Origin: Pecten maximus
Lineage: Eukaryota
Assembly (NCBI RefSeq): GCF_902652985.1
Contig: NC_047028.1
Coordinates: forward strand, 5,394,001-5,458,000
Direction: 5' to 3'
Length of the DNA: 64,000 nt
Of the stretch, positions 51,749-64,000 are shown piece by piece. Below the pieces are notes generated by a model. It saw only the letters and a program-made list of their open reading frames with translations. It was not told the DNA's origin and ran no database searches. Within the stretch, counting starts at the first letter, position 1. Each line of letters opens with the position of its first letter. The position numbers and the translations under genes are program-made.

Positions 51749-52435
51749 AAGTAAGAATTATTACAACGTGTCTAAACGGAAGTGACGTGTTAGATATATT
51801 ATACTAATATCTAGACTGACGTAAAAAGTAAGATATGTTACAATGATATCTAAACGGAAGTGACTTGTTAGAAATATTATACCGATACCTAGACGGAAGT
51901 GGCATGCTAGATGTGTAACAATAATAGCTAAACGGAAGTGACGTTCTAGATATATGATATCAATATCTAGACGTAAGTGGCAGGATACATATATAACAAT
52001 AATATATAAATGAAATGACGTGTAACATATACTATACCGATATCTAGACTGATGGAACATGTCAGTTATATTACAATGACATCTAGACGGAAGTGACGTG
52101 TTAGATATATTTTACTGATATCTAGACTGACGTGAAAACTAAGATTTATTACAATGTGTCTAAACGGAAGTGACTTGTTGGATGTATTACAATGGTATCT
52201 TAACGGAAGTGACGTTTTAGATATATTATACCGATATCTAGTCGGAAGTAGCGGGTTAGATATATAACAATGATATATAAACGGAAGTGACGTGTTAGAT
52301 ATATTATACCGATATCTAGACAGAAGTGACGAGCTAGATATATAACAATGATATATAAACGGAAGTGACGTGCTAGATATAGTATGCTGAAAATATGCGG
52401 AAGTGACGTGGTAGATAAATTATACCGATATCCAG
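51749..52435. repeat. ~38-39-bp minisatellite, right arm
   Basis: Same CGGAAGTGACGT unit as 46668-47426. Confidence 0.9.
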
Positions 52436-54647
52436 AGTAAAGGATCACAATTATTAATCATACTTTAGATGATATCCTTTTACTTCTGTTAATGATTATA
52501 GACGTCAACGTTTTGGCTTTTTGCTTATACTTTGATTTGATATGTTTGAACACATTATGAATTGTTGTTTAAATCAAACATTTATATCCGTTCGGTCAAT
52601 CATGCCTCTCTTGGCATTTGGGAATATATATCTTGACAAAAACATAGATGTATTTAATTCACATTGTCTGACAATTACCTTTTACCACTTAAATAATAAT
52701 ACATTTTGTAGATATATATCAGTGCTGTATGCTACATCATATTAATGACATTTTTCACGACCAATCCACCAAACAGGAGTACGAAAACACTGGCATATAA
52801 CAAAATTACGTTAAACAAACGAAACAGGAGAACAGATATCAAAATAGATGAGTATACACCAGATAGGCGAGAGCATATCATGTCTGAAATCTCTTACGTA
52901 TCTCATCACGATAAAGAGAGGTGGAAGCGATTCGATATTAAAATAGTTTTTTGTGTTCACAACATATATACAGAGACACATTAGGACACATACTATTTTA
53001 CTATATATTTCAGGTCAATTTTCAATGAGATGAAATTACTTTGTTTTCTAATAAATTTTCTTAAAATTCTATCCACTAGTAGGCAACTATTAGCACTTTC
53101 ACTTGTCAATGTTTAATGCTTTTGTCGTGCACAAATATCCTGAAATAGACGAACACGTGCGCCGCAGAAGATGAGTGACTTTTTTGTTCTTTATTCTTTG
53201 AATAATTAAGGTGTTCTATCACCTGAAATCAGCAACATACAATTCATCAAATATTGTCGAAGGAAGGGACAAGTAATTCTCTTCAGGTTTGTGAAATTTC
53301 AAGAAAATCCCTTCAAAACCGAAGTCAAAAACATTTATTGAGAATTTGTCAAAATACATGAAGAAGAGTAGAAACGGTAACACGTGATATTTGGTAACGT
53401 TGCGCGCATGCCTACATCTACTAAATAGAAACATGTCTGAGATTTTCTACAAGGTTGTACTGTGCGGAGTCACATTTGTACACGTGCGCGACTCTGTAAG
53501 ACAAACGAATGCCGAGTTCCCCGGTGAAACCAATAAAGACATGAGCCGTATTCCGCTATCTTCCGTCTTTTTTGTTAAATTTCTCTACTGTGTCTTTAGG
53601 CTTGGTTTTGTGTATTTCCAGGCAGAGCCTCTATCGATCTAGCAGTTTCGGTGTCTGGAACTGTTAACCGTTTTTCATTGATTGTGCCGGCGCTGTGTGT
53701 CAGTGTACACGACACACGCACGCATGTGTTTTATTACACATCATTCCGTATTAAAGATTATTGAGATGTGAGCTTCGTATCGATACGAATTACTACATTC
53801 TGTGAGAAGAGAAAACCTGCCATTTATGTATCTAAATCACCTACATCATTCTCTCCCGTTAATGGTACAGAAACTGTTACATTAGAATAATTATACGTAT
53901 ATATCTGGTTATAAAATATAATTCATTCCTTTCATACATCGATAGAGAATGGAGACTGTCTGTTCCTAAACAGTTGCCATGACACCCATGCATTTGGAAA
54001 TAGGACATGATAAATTATAACGAAGACGTCAAACTATACATTCGAACTGACACGCGTGAAGATTCATTGGCTTTCTTAGCCGTAATACCCTTTGTTTACA
54101 AAAGATATACTGCTGTGTAACACTAGTTTTGGACAAGAATAGATCCAAAAGAACTATGCTGTTTCACGTATACAATTTAACAAGGGCTGCAATGTGAGTA
54201 TAAATATAAATGGTATCCTAACAACGTATACTTACATAGACGGAGTCTCAGCTTGCTGTTCCATTTGGTGACTATTAACATCCAACTCAGACCATAATGA
54301 ATTCATTTATCTGTTTCTAAGTGCCGTCTTCGACACCGACTACAGCGCTTTAGTAACCGGCGAGATGCCACATCGAACGCCTTTCCACTACCGCGCCACG
54401 ACAAATACCGAATTCGCTTCCGTGTCACTTGTATCAATGAATTCATCCAGCCCTGCCATTGTAGACATTGTTCTCCAGTGTATGTGATATGTCTCGAAAT
54501 GTCTTATAGCAAAACGTTCAAATCTAAAGTCTGCTACCAAATATGCAATTGTTTTTTCTGCTTGACTACATGTTCTCAAGTGTTTGTCTTAAGGATTATA
54601 GGTTTTTAGATGCATTTACTGTATACACGTTTTACTACGTATTGCGC

Positions 54648-54650
<3 letters not shown>

Positions 54651-54725
<75 letters not shown>

Positions 54726-55127
54726 GGGGGGGGGGTTGGTGTCGTTCTCTCCCTTGGTTATTTGACCTGACAGTGGGTTTTTTTTGGGAATGGAATCCTT
54801 CCTTTGCCCTCACGTATTTTACTATACACATTCTATTTTTAATGGAGTATAATTTGTTCCAACTTAAGCTATACCTACTTTGAATGGGTTTTTTTAAACT
54901 CCTTTCTTCTGTTTGCCCCCTCATTGGCGGTTTTTTCTTTGAAAATTTTCAAAATTTAATAAATATTTTTTGCAACTCTCTGCATTGACTGGATGTATAT
55001 TTTGGGGGCGTACTTCTTTATTGGCACCTACTAAAAATGGTGGGTAACCGTCTCATAATTATCAGCCATGGAATTAAGTGTTTTAGTGGTTAATATCAGG
55101 CAATGCCTTTTATTTTTTTTTAAAAAA

Positions 55128-55163
<36 letters not shown>

Positions 55164-55826
55164 GTTTTTTTGGGGTTTTTGGGTTTTAAAAAAGTTGTTT
55201 TTTGTTTTTTTGGGGAATTTTTTTTTTGGGAGAGAGAGAGAGAGAGAGGGGGGGGGGGGGGGGGGGGGTCGTTCTCTCCCTTCGAGCAGTTATTTGACCT
55301 GAACAGTGGGCTGGGAAACCCCAGATGGGGAATCCCTTCCTGTTTGCACCTCACGTATTAATTACTATACACATTCTATTTTTAATAGGAACGTATATAT
55401 TTGTTTTCCGAATCTTTAGCTATAACTCTACATTCTGGTATCAATGAAGTACCTAATTCAAACGTTAATTTCTCAAATAAATCCACACAAACATCAGCAG
55501 ATTATAGCTTTAAGGAACTTGGTTCAGGTGAAACACCACCTCATTGGCCGATAAGTTTATTCTTTTCCCGCCAAAATTTAAAATCATCAAACAAATTTTA
55601 AATTTAAATATTTTTTGTTCAATACTCTGACACATACTGACTGGATAATTAGCACACACACAGTACTTCATTTATTGGCAGCTACTAAGAAATGTGTTGA
55701 GTGAAACCGTCCAATCTAGCGCATGGAATTAATAAGTGTTATCCTTGAAGCGGTAATGAATAGGGAAATGGCATCCCCCTAAATCACGGAGTTTGCCTAA
55801 TTCCCCATAAGCATGGTTTGCGAGTA

Positions 55827-55858
<32 letters not shown>

Positions 55859-55869
55859 GGGGGGGGGGG
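54651..55869. repeat. (GA)n-polyG tracts (54651, 55229, 55828) with a degenerate duplicated segment
   Basis: 54740-55100 and 55268-55740 are noisy copies of each other. Confidence 0.75.
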
Positions 55870-56535
55870 AGTATTTCAATGCAAAATCACATATTTACAT
55901 ATTTAATCTACTTTAAACCACCTTAACTGTCGATTCATATCATTTTCCATTGCACATTGAAACTGATGAACTATGTTGCAGTAGAAAGTATTTATAAAGT
56001 AGAACCTCGATGGCGGATTTGACCAGCTTTAGAAGTTTCTACACATCATAATCATCTGGATCTATGATTCCAAAATGTCCAGAATTTCAAAATGTTTTTT
56101 CTTTCGTAATAATCATCTATAATATGTGTACGTTTGCGGATAGTTAAATCATAATATTAAGGTTATTTTTTCAAATCTGGAGAATTCATGGAATTGTACG
56201 TCTAAATGTACTACCAAAAACAAATGATAAATAAATGTTCTTGCTTTGTCGTTTCTGTGAGTCCTCTCACATTTCATTTTCATGATGGCTGATCTTATGA
56301 TAAATATTGTTTTATTCCAGTATCTAAATATAGCTTTGCTAGTCAGCGGTGCGTCATTTTTAAATGTAACATTTCAGCTATATTCTTGACGGACCTGCAG
56401 ATATTTCTAAAAAAAAAATCTGAAAATTCTTGTCAGGACTCGCCAAAAAGTAAAATAAAATCACTAGTCCGTCCTGAAAACGGACATACCGTTTAGACCG
56501 CAAAATCGTAACACTCTAACCTGTAGATATGTATT

Positions 56536-59500
56536 TTATTTAGAGCAGACGACACATGACAATGTTTTACTATTGACGTAAGGTGGACAGGCCAGGCTGC
56601 CACATTTACTTGACACGAGGTATAGAACAGCGCCATTTAAGTCCGCGGCCCCGTGAGGGACGGACTCGGGATCGTGATCGAGACATATGTACTCTGTGGC
56701 TGCTTTGTGTCCGCTACTACCGGAAGCTAGATACCCGCCATACTCTTTAGTCCAGCCTTGGTAACAGGTGTTCCGGCCAGGTATCATTAGGACAGAGGAT
56801 CTGGCTGTCGATCGGCAAACGGCGCAGGGCACGTCATCATCGTGTGTAGCTCTACCGAAAAATGTACTTTCATATTCTGTGCCAAAAACATAATTGAATC
56901 CGTGTCCAATCAAAGCGTCCAATTCGTACTGCGGGTCGGACGGCATACAGAGATGATTTACGGCAGCCCCAGGACTATCATACCACGAACCGCCAGTATA
57001 ACCTGTTGAAAGAAAACATCTATATCATTTATTCATTTATTTGCCGTAGTTTGTTTTTTCATCTTTGAACCTTTAAACATACAAACAGAGTTAGTACTAA
57101 GTTCAAGTTGGTTTTAAATCAAGTTTTATTCAAACAACACTTATAGTATAATACGTACTACACCCATGGACAATGGAGACAGTGTGGCATTAAAATGTCT
57201 TCTTTGGAAAGTTATGGTTCTATAATTCTCGTAGGATTGCAGACAAATTGTATAGCGCGTTATGATTAATAGAACATTCCCCTGCCTTGTGGGATGTGAC
57301 AAAGAAACCCGAGGGGGAATCCATGAATGTCTAACCCGAGGCTTGCCTTCTAGTCTCAGACAATAATACTAGGTCGCCAGCATATACATGTAGCAATAGA
57401 TGTAAACTGAGTTCCACAAAATCATAACTACCCTTACAATCATGTTTTTAAAAAATATTCAAAATCATTAATCACAGTGAAAGATTGGTTACAAAATTTC
57501 ACCTTATGATTATCCGACCCTGTTAGAGGAAAAGTCAGACAATTTTAACAAATATCTATGCAAACTGGCAAAAAAAAAAGAAAAAAAACATTTATGGGAT
57601 TAGTACGTTGTTTTTCCTGGCTATACTGGCGATTAGAACATGAAATTTGGTTTAAACAAATTTAATAGGTCGAGAGTTTAAACCAAATTTCATGTTCTAA
57701 TCACCAATGTAGCCACGAAAAACAACATACTAGACTACTTGTTCCATTTCATTGCGGATTTTACTTGGCTAGATGCCTACAAACGAACGGAATGAACGTT
57801 TCTATCAATAATAAATGACGGTAAGAACAATATTTACTATATTTGTTTAATTCATTCAACAAGAAACATTCCATTTGGTACTGTACAATACTTTCTGTTC
57901 ATGTGTTTGCTACGTGGTTATAAGCCTAGCCCTGTCGTACCCCTGACATATTTAACAAATAACGGGCCCAGACTTTAGGTGAATATAAATTATTCTTTTT
58001 TAACAGATAAATATTTCAACTATAATAAATATAGATATTGACAGTTTGATTTATTAATTCCTGTGAGTTTTTGAGAGTTCTGATAAGATAAGTTGACTTT
58101 GTTGAGTGACGTCAGACGGCTGAGGGTAAAGCCCCTGTCCCACACTAACGTCTAACGATTCCGTCTGCCAACGTCTAAAAAATACGGCATGCGGTACTCA
58201 GACGGTGACAAATTCACATTTTTGGCCATGAACGTTTTAGAGAAAAGCATGAGTAACGTCTGAGGAACGTCTGAGTAACGTCTGAGTAACGTCTGAAAAC
58301 CGTTTGCTTACGTATGAATAACGTCTGTATTAGGATTATCGAACGCCCGAGTAACGTCTGCTTCAGTATGACTTACGACCGAAACGACCGAACAACGTCT
58401 AACAAACGTCTAACAAACGCCCTGAGTGCGTATTATAAAAGGCTAACTCCACCAAGTCATTATCACAACAGTCGTGGCAACTGGACAGTCAACATCTTCA
58501 TTCCATCATGCCGGCTAGGAGAGGAGGTAAAGCAAAGGCCCAATCGAAAGCCCCACCCAAGCGAGGACAGAAAACTCTCAGTCCTCCTCCCAGGGATGAA
58601 TCAGCAGAGTCGAATGCCCCAGGGGTCCTAGAGGTAACACCAGAGGAGGTCCCAACACCAGAGGAGGTCCCAACACCAGAGGAGGTCCCAACACCAGAGG
58701 AGGTCCCAACACCAGATGAAGAGTCCCCCGAACTACAACCAGCACAAGGAGCCCTGGCAACAGAGAAGAAACCAAGGGGGGCCTTCAAGCTTAAAACACA
58801 GGATAATGAGGTCCTCGTGATTGAGTGGGTCCAAGAAAATCGCCTCCTCTGGGACCAAAAGGACCACGACTTCAAAAACAAGAGCAAGAAAGATCGACTG
58901 TGGTCCGAGAAAGCCGAGGAGCTTGGTTATGAAGGTAATTTTGTGAATTTTGTGAACATTTTGACACTGTGCATAATGTAATACGGTTGTTCATTTTTAT
59001 TTGAAAACGCGTTTTGTTTGAATTGCTGAATGAATTTATTTTTACTATTTTTTCTATGTTCAGTCCAGTTTCTCAAGACATGGTATACGGACCTGCGTGA
59101 TTTCAATACCAAGCTCCTACGTGTGCAATCGGGGGACGGAGCACGAACGTTCACTGACAGGGAACAGTGGGTTATGGGACAGTTTCAGTTCCTGAAGGAA
59201 AGGATCCGTCATCGGCGACATCCGTTGCATAGTGTGAGTACATTTTTTGTAAAAATATATTTTTGGACATGAATTGATTATATTGAAATTATTGTCTGAA
59301 TGTTGTGAAAAGTGAAATACTTAGGATGTTTACATTTTATCTCATCCCAGGTGCAGTCCTCAGCTGCGGCAAAGGATGCTATCGAGTCTGGGAACCTCGA
59401 AGAGGCTGAGCGACTTGCAACTGAACGAAGGAGGTCCCTCAAGGACATTGACCAGGACTCGACTAGCAGCAACAGTAGCAGGAGCAGTAAGCGTCAGCGA

Positions 59501-62500
59501 GGGACTCAGGAGGAGGCTGACGACCAGTACCTTGAAGTCTTACGCAAGGAACTTGTTGAGTCCCAGACGCGACTTACTGCCCTGCAACAGAGGGAGCCGG
59601 ACGACGAGCGGACTGCCTACATGAAATATGTGAGAATATAAATGGGTATTTTTATTGATTCGGAAATATTTAGAAATATAACTGTTAACGGAATTCATTC
59701 AATTCTAGTATCAAACATGCTGTGGCTTTGGAGACATTCATTTTTATCATATTATTGTAAAAATTGTATTTCCATTTTCTTGTTTTCAAGGTTAGCAAAG
59801 TAGTCTGCAAGAGTACTGAGGATGCCTTTGACGACTTTCAGACGGTCTTTATGGACTGGCAGGCCAGATGGAAGGTCAAGAGACAGCATCAGCAGAGGAG
59901 CCAGCCTCACACCGCGCAGCATCATTGGTACCCAGGGTCGTCAGAGTCCGCCCAGTGGCAGCCTCAACCCCACCAGTGGAGACAGCCTACACCACAGATG
60001 CAAGCCACTTCAGTATGGGGAAGTCAATCGATGGACTTCATGCCTAACTCATACTCTTCTGCTGCAGCTGGTGGTCCCTCTCAGTCTGGATCTACCTCGT
60101 TAGTTCCACACACGCTGCAACACTTGGCTAGACCTGCGTCCACGACCACAACACTAACGGATATGACTGCACCGATATCAACCAATTGTTCGTCACCACT
60201 CGTCGCAGCTCTTGACAGTATGTACATGATCCGCACGCCATCTTCAACCCGATCCTCACAGGTAAGACTAAAATATTTGTTGAACGTAAACTTCATAAAA
60301 TATCTTTTTGTAATTGTCACAACAGTATATTTTATTAATATCTTTTGTACATGAATTTCGAAAGCTTTTATATTTTTAGAAAATTCTGGCAGTAATCCTT
60401 CAACTTTATAATAATTCTATAAAGTATATTTAAGATTCAGTTATGAGTTTGATTTCTTTCTCTTTTTAAGGAAGACCTGACTATCTCTGGGCTATCGAAT
60501 ATTGAGCGTGGTGACAGAGACACGTCTAACATCAGGCTTGACCCATAAGGCTTCCGCTAACGGCGCCCAATGATCAGACTCAGAGAAAGAGTCAGATGAA
60601 TGTAGCAGCAAGTAAAGACAGTCAAATGATACAGACATTTATTAATGTGTGATTATAAGCAAGAACATATTACATTCTGGACTTTGTTGAAATATCTGTA
60701 AATAACAGTTAAATAATTTGCATTAAAATTACAATTATTTGCTTGTATCTTTGATGTTGTTTGTGTATGGGGTGGAGTGTAGATAAAGAAAAAACTACTT
60801 TCTTATTTTGGCAGGCTTTGTATTTTTTATTTCAATAATACTACTTTTCACAATTAGCAATATAATGGGAAATATGTCCTTTAAATCATGTTGTCCTGCC
60901 ATGACACTTCTCCTGCATCAGAGTTTACCCAGTGTTTGATGAGATTGCGCAGCCGCTTGCCCTCCTTGTTGCCTGTGTTTGGCCCCTGGACAGTGACACA
61001 GTCTTCCATATGGCGGTCCTGTCTCCATGCTCCGGGGATGAGCTGGTGGTTGGCATCCTCTCGGTCAACAAGCTGGTTTTGCATTGTCGGGTATCTTGTC
61101 CTCATGAGGTTGTGAAGCACGATACAAGTAGTAGTGATCAGACGCACAGTCGCAGGGTCATGCTGCATTGTGGTCAGCATAACCTGAAATCTGTTTGCAA
61201 GGATCCCAAACGCATTTTCTGACACCCTGCGAGCCCTCGACAGCCGGTAGTTGAAGATACGTTCTTCTCTGGTGAGACTTCTTTGGGAAAACGGTTTCTG
61301 CATGAAGTTGCGTAAACCGAACGCATCATCACCTTAAAAAGACGGAAATTGAACATAATGATCACATAACTGTTCTGTATACAATTAACAATCAAGGGAA
61401 ACTTGTACAATTTTATTCCAATACGACACAAATGCTTATAACAATACACACCTATATAGAACCAATCGACGGACTGAGTGTCATTTGGGAGAGGATCTGG
61501 CGGGGGATGGTTGATTTCTCCAGACTCTGTTGCCCCTTCAAATCGGAATCGTTCCAGATCTGGGCATCTGATGCTGCCCCACGACCTCCAATGTCGGCCC
61601 AGATGATCTTGTAATCCGCATCTACCAGAGCTAGCAACACTATGGAAAAAAACTTCTTGTAATTGAAGTACGTTGAACCAGACTTTGGTGGACACCGAAC
61701 TGCAACATGTTTACCATCCAATGCACCAAGCGTGTGAGGGAAGTTCCATTTTGTGCGAAAGCCATCTGCGATGACCCTCCACTCTTCAGGTGATGTTGGC
61801 ACTGCCATCACTTCGTTCATGTACTCATCCACGATCGCCCCACAAACCTTTAAATACAAGAATGCAAGGCATGGTAAGTACATTATATTAGAACATGGAA
61901 AAGCAAGATCAAAATCAGCACAATTGTTTTCATAATTACCTCTCTCACAATTTTTGAGATTGTGTTATGCGGAACCCTCCATCCGTAGCGCATGTCCATA
62001 TACTTGGCCCCTGATGCCAAATGTCGAAGTGTTATAGCTAACTTCATTCCAGGCTCAATAGGGGCCCTGAACCATGTATGCTTCTTGGTGATTCTTGGTC
62101 CGACTCTGCGAAGGATCTCACTGAACATATCCGGTGGCATCCGCATGAAATTGCAGAAGGAATTGTGATCTTCAGCTCGCAGCTCGACCATCAACTGGTC
62201 GTAAAGACCAAAACTCCTCCGCCTCTCGATGCCAAGCCATGGGCGAAACCAGAATCTGCGCCTTCGCTTCTTCTGCTGTCTGAGCCTTGCCCTTTGTCTT
62301 TGAACAGCATATGTATAAAGATTTATTCTGGCAACTTGCACATCAAGCTGTGCCTGCATAAGTGCCACCTCATCTGAATAGTCATCCATTCCGATTGAAA
62401 GCGGATGAGTAAATGAAGAGTATGCAGGCCCAAAACTTTGTCAGCTAGAACCCGCCAATCTTAATCGTTGTCAAGTCGTTTCTCAAACGTTTTACGTTCG

Positions 62501-63985
62501 TTTCGACCGTTATTTAGACTTTATTAGACGTTAATAGACGTTCCTCAATCCGTATCCATCCGTTTCTACCGTTACTTAAACGGTCTTCGGGCGGTCGAGT
62601 GTTCGTTGAGTGGACGTTTCTTTGACGTTATTCGGCTGTTTTCTTGTCGGTTTAACCGTTCCATGGACGTTTAATGCGTTCCTTGGCTGTAGGTAGACGA
62701 ACTGTCCGTCTGCCTAACGGCCGTGTACAGTCTAAACACCGGTAATGTTCCGTCTGAATAACGGTGAAAACGGCCAACAAACGTGTGAGTAACGTTTGAG
62801 AACCGTCCATCGCGATCGTTAGCTGGACGTTGGAAACTTTGAACATGTCCAAAGTCTAAAACGGCCAGCTCCGTCTGTCAACGTCTATGAACGTCTATAT
62901 ACGTCTGTAAACCAGCTGAAAACCAGCTGAGAAACGCATAACAACGTCCGATAAACGTCCGCGTCCGTTTCTCAGACGGAATCGCTAGACGTTACAGTGG
63001 GACAGTACCTTAAGGTCGTTTATTTTGTTGTTGAGTCTGACGAACCAGCTGATTGTGAAGGGGGTTGTTGGTGAACGTTTGTCCAGGACGTTGAATCGGG
63101 CATGATGGTTTCTGATTTACACCAGCTTAGCTTAGAGAATGTCAGAGTATTGTCATCTTTGCGACTCCGAACTGTCAGCATTAAAATGCTCCACTGACGA
63201 CTCGTTTCAGTGACCTGAAATTCTCATGATAACGCTTGACTCTACTCCAGCGTGCAACAAAACAGTTATTGATGTAGCCCTAACACAATGGATGGCGTAG
63301 GTGTAATTTAGGGATGCGGCACTGGAAACTGTTTTCATCATATATGTTGCTGAGCGCATTTTTTGTATTTAATCCTAAATGTTGCGACTTGACGCCATTC
63401 CTACTGTTACGATTAGAAACGGGGCGTGGCTTAATCGCGATGGGCGGACCTTAACACGATTGATCATGGTTCTATCGCAGATTAGAACATGGTCCTTATC
63501 CAGTCAAAACACGCGTTGCAAACGAATCGTGTTAGAATGAAATTTAAAAATCATAAATACATATAATATTATATATATTGTTTGTATCTCCGTACGTACA
63601 AAGGGAGATAAATCTTGCTGACGAGAGAAGTGTTATATATTAGGGGAAGGGGGTGTCTAAGACTCCAACAAATATTACCTTGATACACTAGGTCTGTAGT
63701 GTTGGGACATGTTGTCCTCCCCCACCTGGTGTACAACCCTCCGGTCCCTCCAGTCGTAAGGCTCTTCACTGTTGTCGTCAGTTGTTGGTTTGCACTGACG
63801 ACTTGGTCCACTTTGGCAGACAGTTGCTGGTTCGCGTTGGTCATTAGGTCCACTTTGGCGGTCAATTCCTGTAGTTTGACCTCAAATTGGTGGACGTAGG
63901 AGGGATCCGAGTACAGGATTCGTTTCTCCACATCAGTAGCATGACCCCTGCAGAGCAAACATAAGGAGATTAACAAATATATCAT
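56536..63985 (-). CDS. Secreted short-chain collagen C4-like protein (signal peptide, coiled coil, Cys-rich C-terminal domain); 2 exons, 257 aa
   Basis: Exon 1 63985-63679 (MIYLLISLCLLCRG.. heptads ..YTRWGRTTCPNTTDLVYQG, donor GTAATA); exon 2 57002-56536 (acceptor TCAACAG; YTGGSWY..NHLCMPSDPQY..PCAVC..CYQGWTKEYGGYL..CGSLACPPY..CVVCSK*); phase 1 consistent. Confidence 0.88.
57601..57732. mobile_element. Fold-back/MITE-like hairpin
   Basis: 57-bp arms (57601-57657 / 57676-57732), 5 mismatches, 18-nt loop, TA at both ends. Confidence 0.7.
58431..58440 (+). promoter_or_regulatory. TATA box candidate for the MADF gene
   Basis: TATTATAAAA ~70 bp upstream of ATG 58508. Confidence 0.5.
58508..60548 (+). 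CDS. Harbinger MADF (Myb/SANT-like) DNA-binding accessory protein; 5 exons, ~474 aa
   Basis: Exons 58508-58934, 59064-59233, 59351-59629, 59791-60261, 60471-60548; LVIEWVQENRLLWD..FKNKSKKDRLW..LKTWYTDLRD..WVMGQFQFL; EEVPTP x4 repeat; TATAAAA at 58434. Confidence 0.85.
60881..62389 (-). CDS. Harbinger DDE transposase (HARBI1-like, DDE_Tnp_4); 3 exons, ~432 aa, one 1-nt frameshift
   Basis: Exons 62389-61940, 61847-61452, 61332-60881; FMRM, LAITLRHLASG, GALDGKH, GDDAF, FNYRLSRARRVSENAFG; frame break at the C4 run 61533-61536. Confidence 0.92.
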
Positions 63986-64000
63986 TGTGATGATAGATCG

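Larger units (their letters stand above)
58130..63010. mobile_element. Full-length PIF/Harbinger DNA transposon (4881 bp)
   Basis: TIRs AGCCCCTGTCCCACACTAACGTCTAACGATTCCGTCTG (58130-58167) vs 62973-63010, 32/38 identical; TAA TSD at 58127-58129 and 63011-63013; convergent transposase and MADF genes. Confidence 0.95.

Noticed and set aside
53223-53520. Possible first exon/promoter of the DUF229 gene (CAG|GTGATA on the - strand, CpG-rich TGCGCGCA motif)
   Set aside because: Plausible but unsupported without transcript data.
58508-62389. Domesticated HARBI1/NAIF1-like host gene pair
   Set aside because: Intact TIRs, TSD and intronic location indicate a bona fide transposon copy.

Overview
Eukaryotic, intron-rich, AT-rich animal DNA; the gene and transposon families suggest a bivalve mollusc (inference). 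(1) A + strand filamin-family gene of the jitterbug/FLN-2 type, hand-spliced into 25 GT-AG coding exons (5352-37744, ~1472 aa): three CH domains, ~8 Ig-like filamin repeats and long non-repeat inserts. It carries a single +1 frameshift in exon 17, and its introns hold many unrelated minisatellites, several of which are tandem amplifications of the gene's own splice junctions. (2) Penelope-like fragments and a 5'-truncated CR1-type LINE with a candidate TSD (40.4-43.9 kb). (3) A DUF229 gene with a single-exon CDS on the - strand (44455-46413); its putative 5' intron holds a CGGAAGTGACGT minisatellite split by an L1/Tx1 LINE (47427-51748). (4) A two-exon secreted short-chain collagen C4-like gene (- strand, 63985-56536) whose intron holds a complete 4.9 kb PIF/Harbinger transposon (TIRs, TAA TSD, spliced transposase, spliced MADF/Myb gene). 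No rRNA, tRNA or CRISPR features were found. All gene models were derived by eye, without RNA or database evidence.
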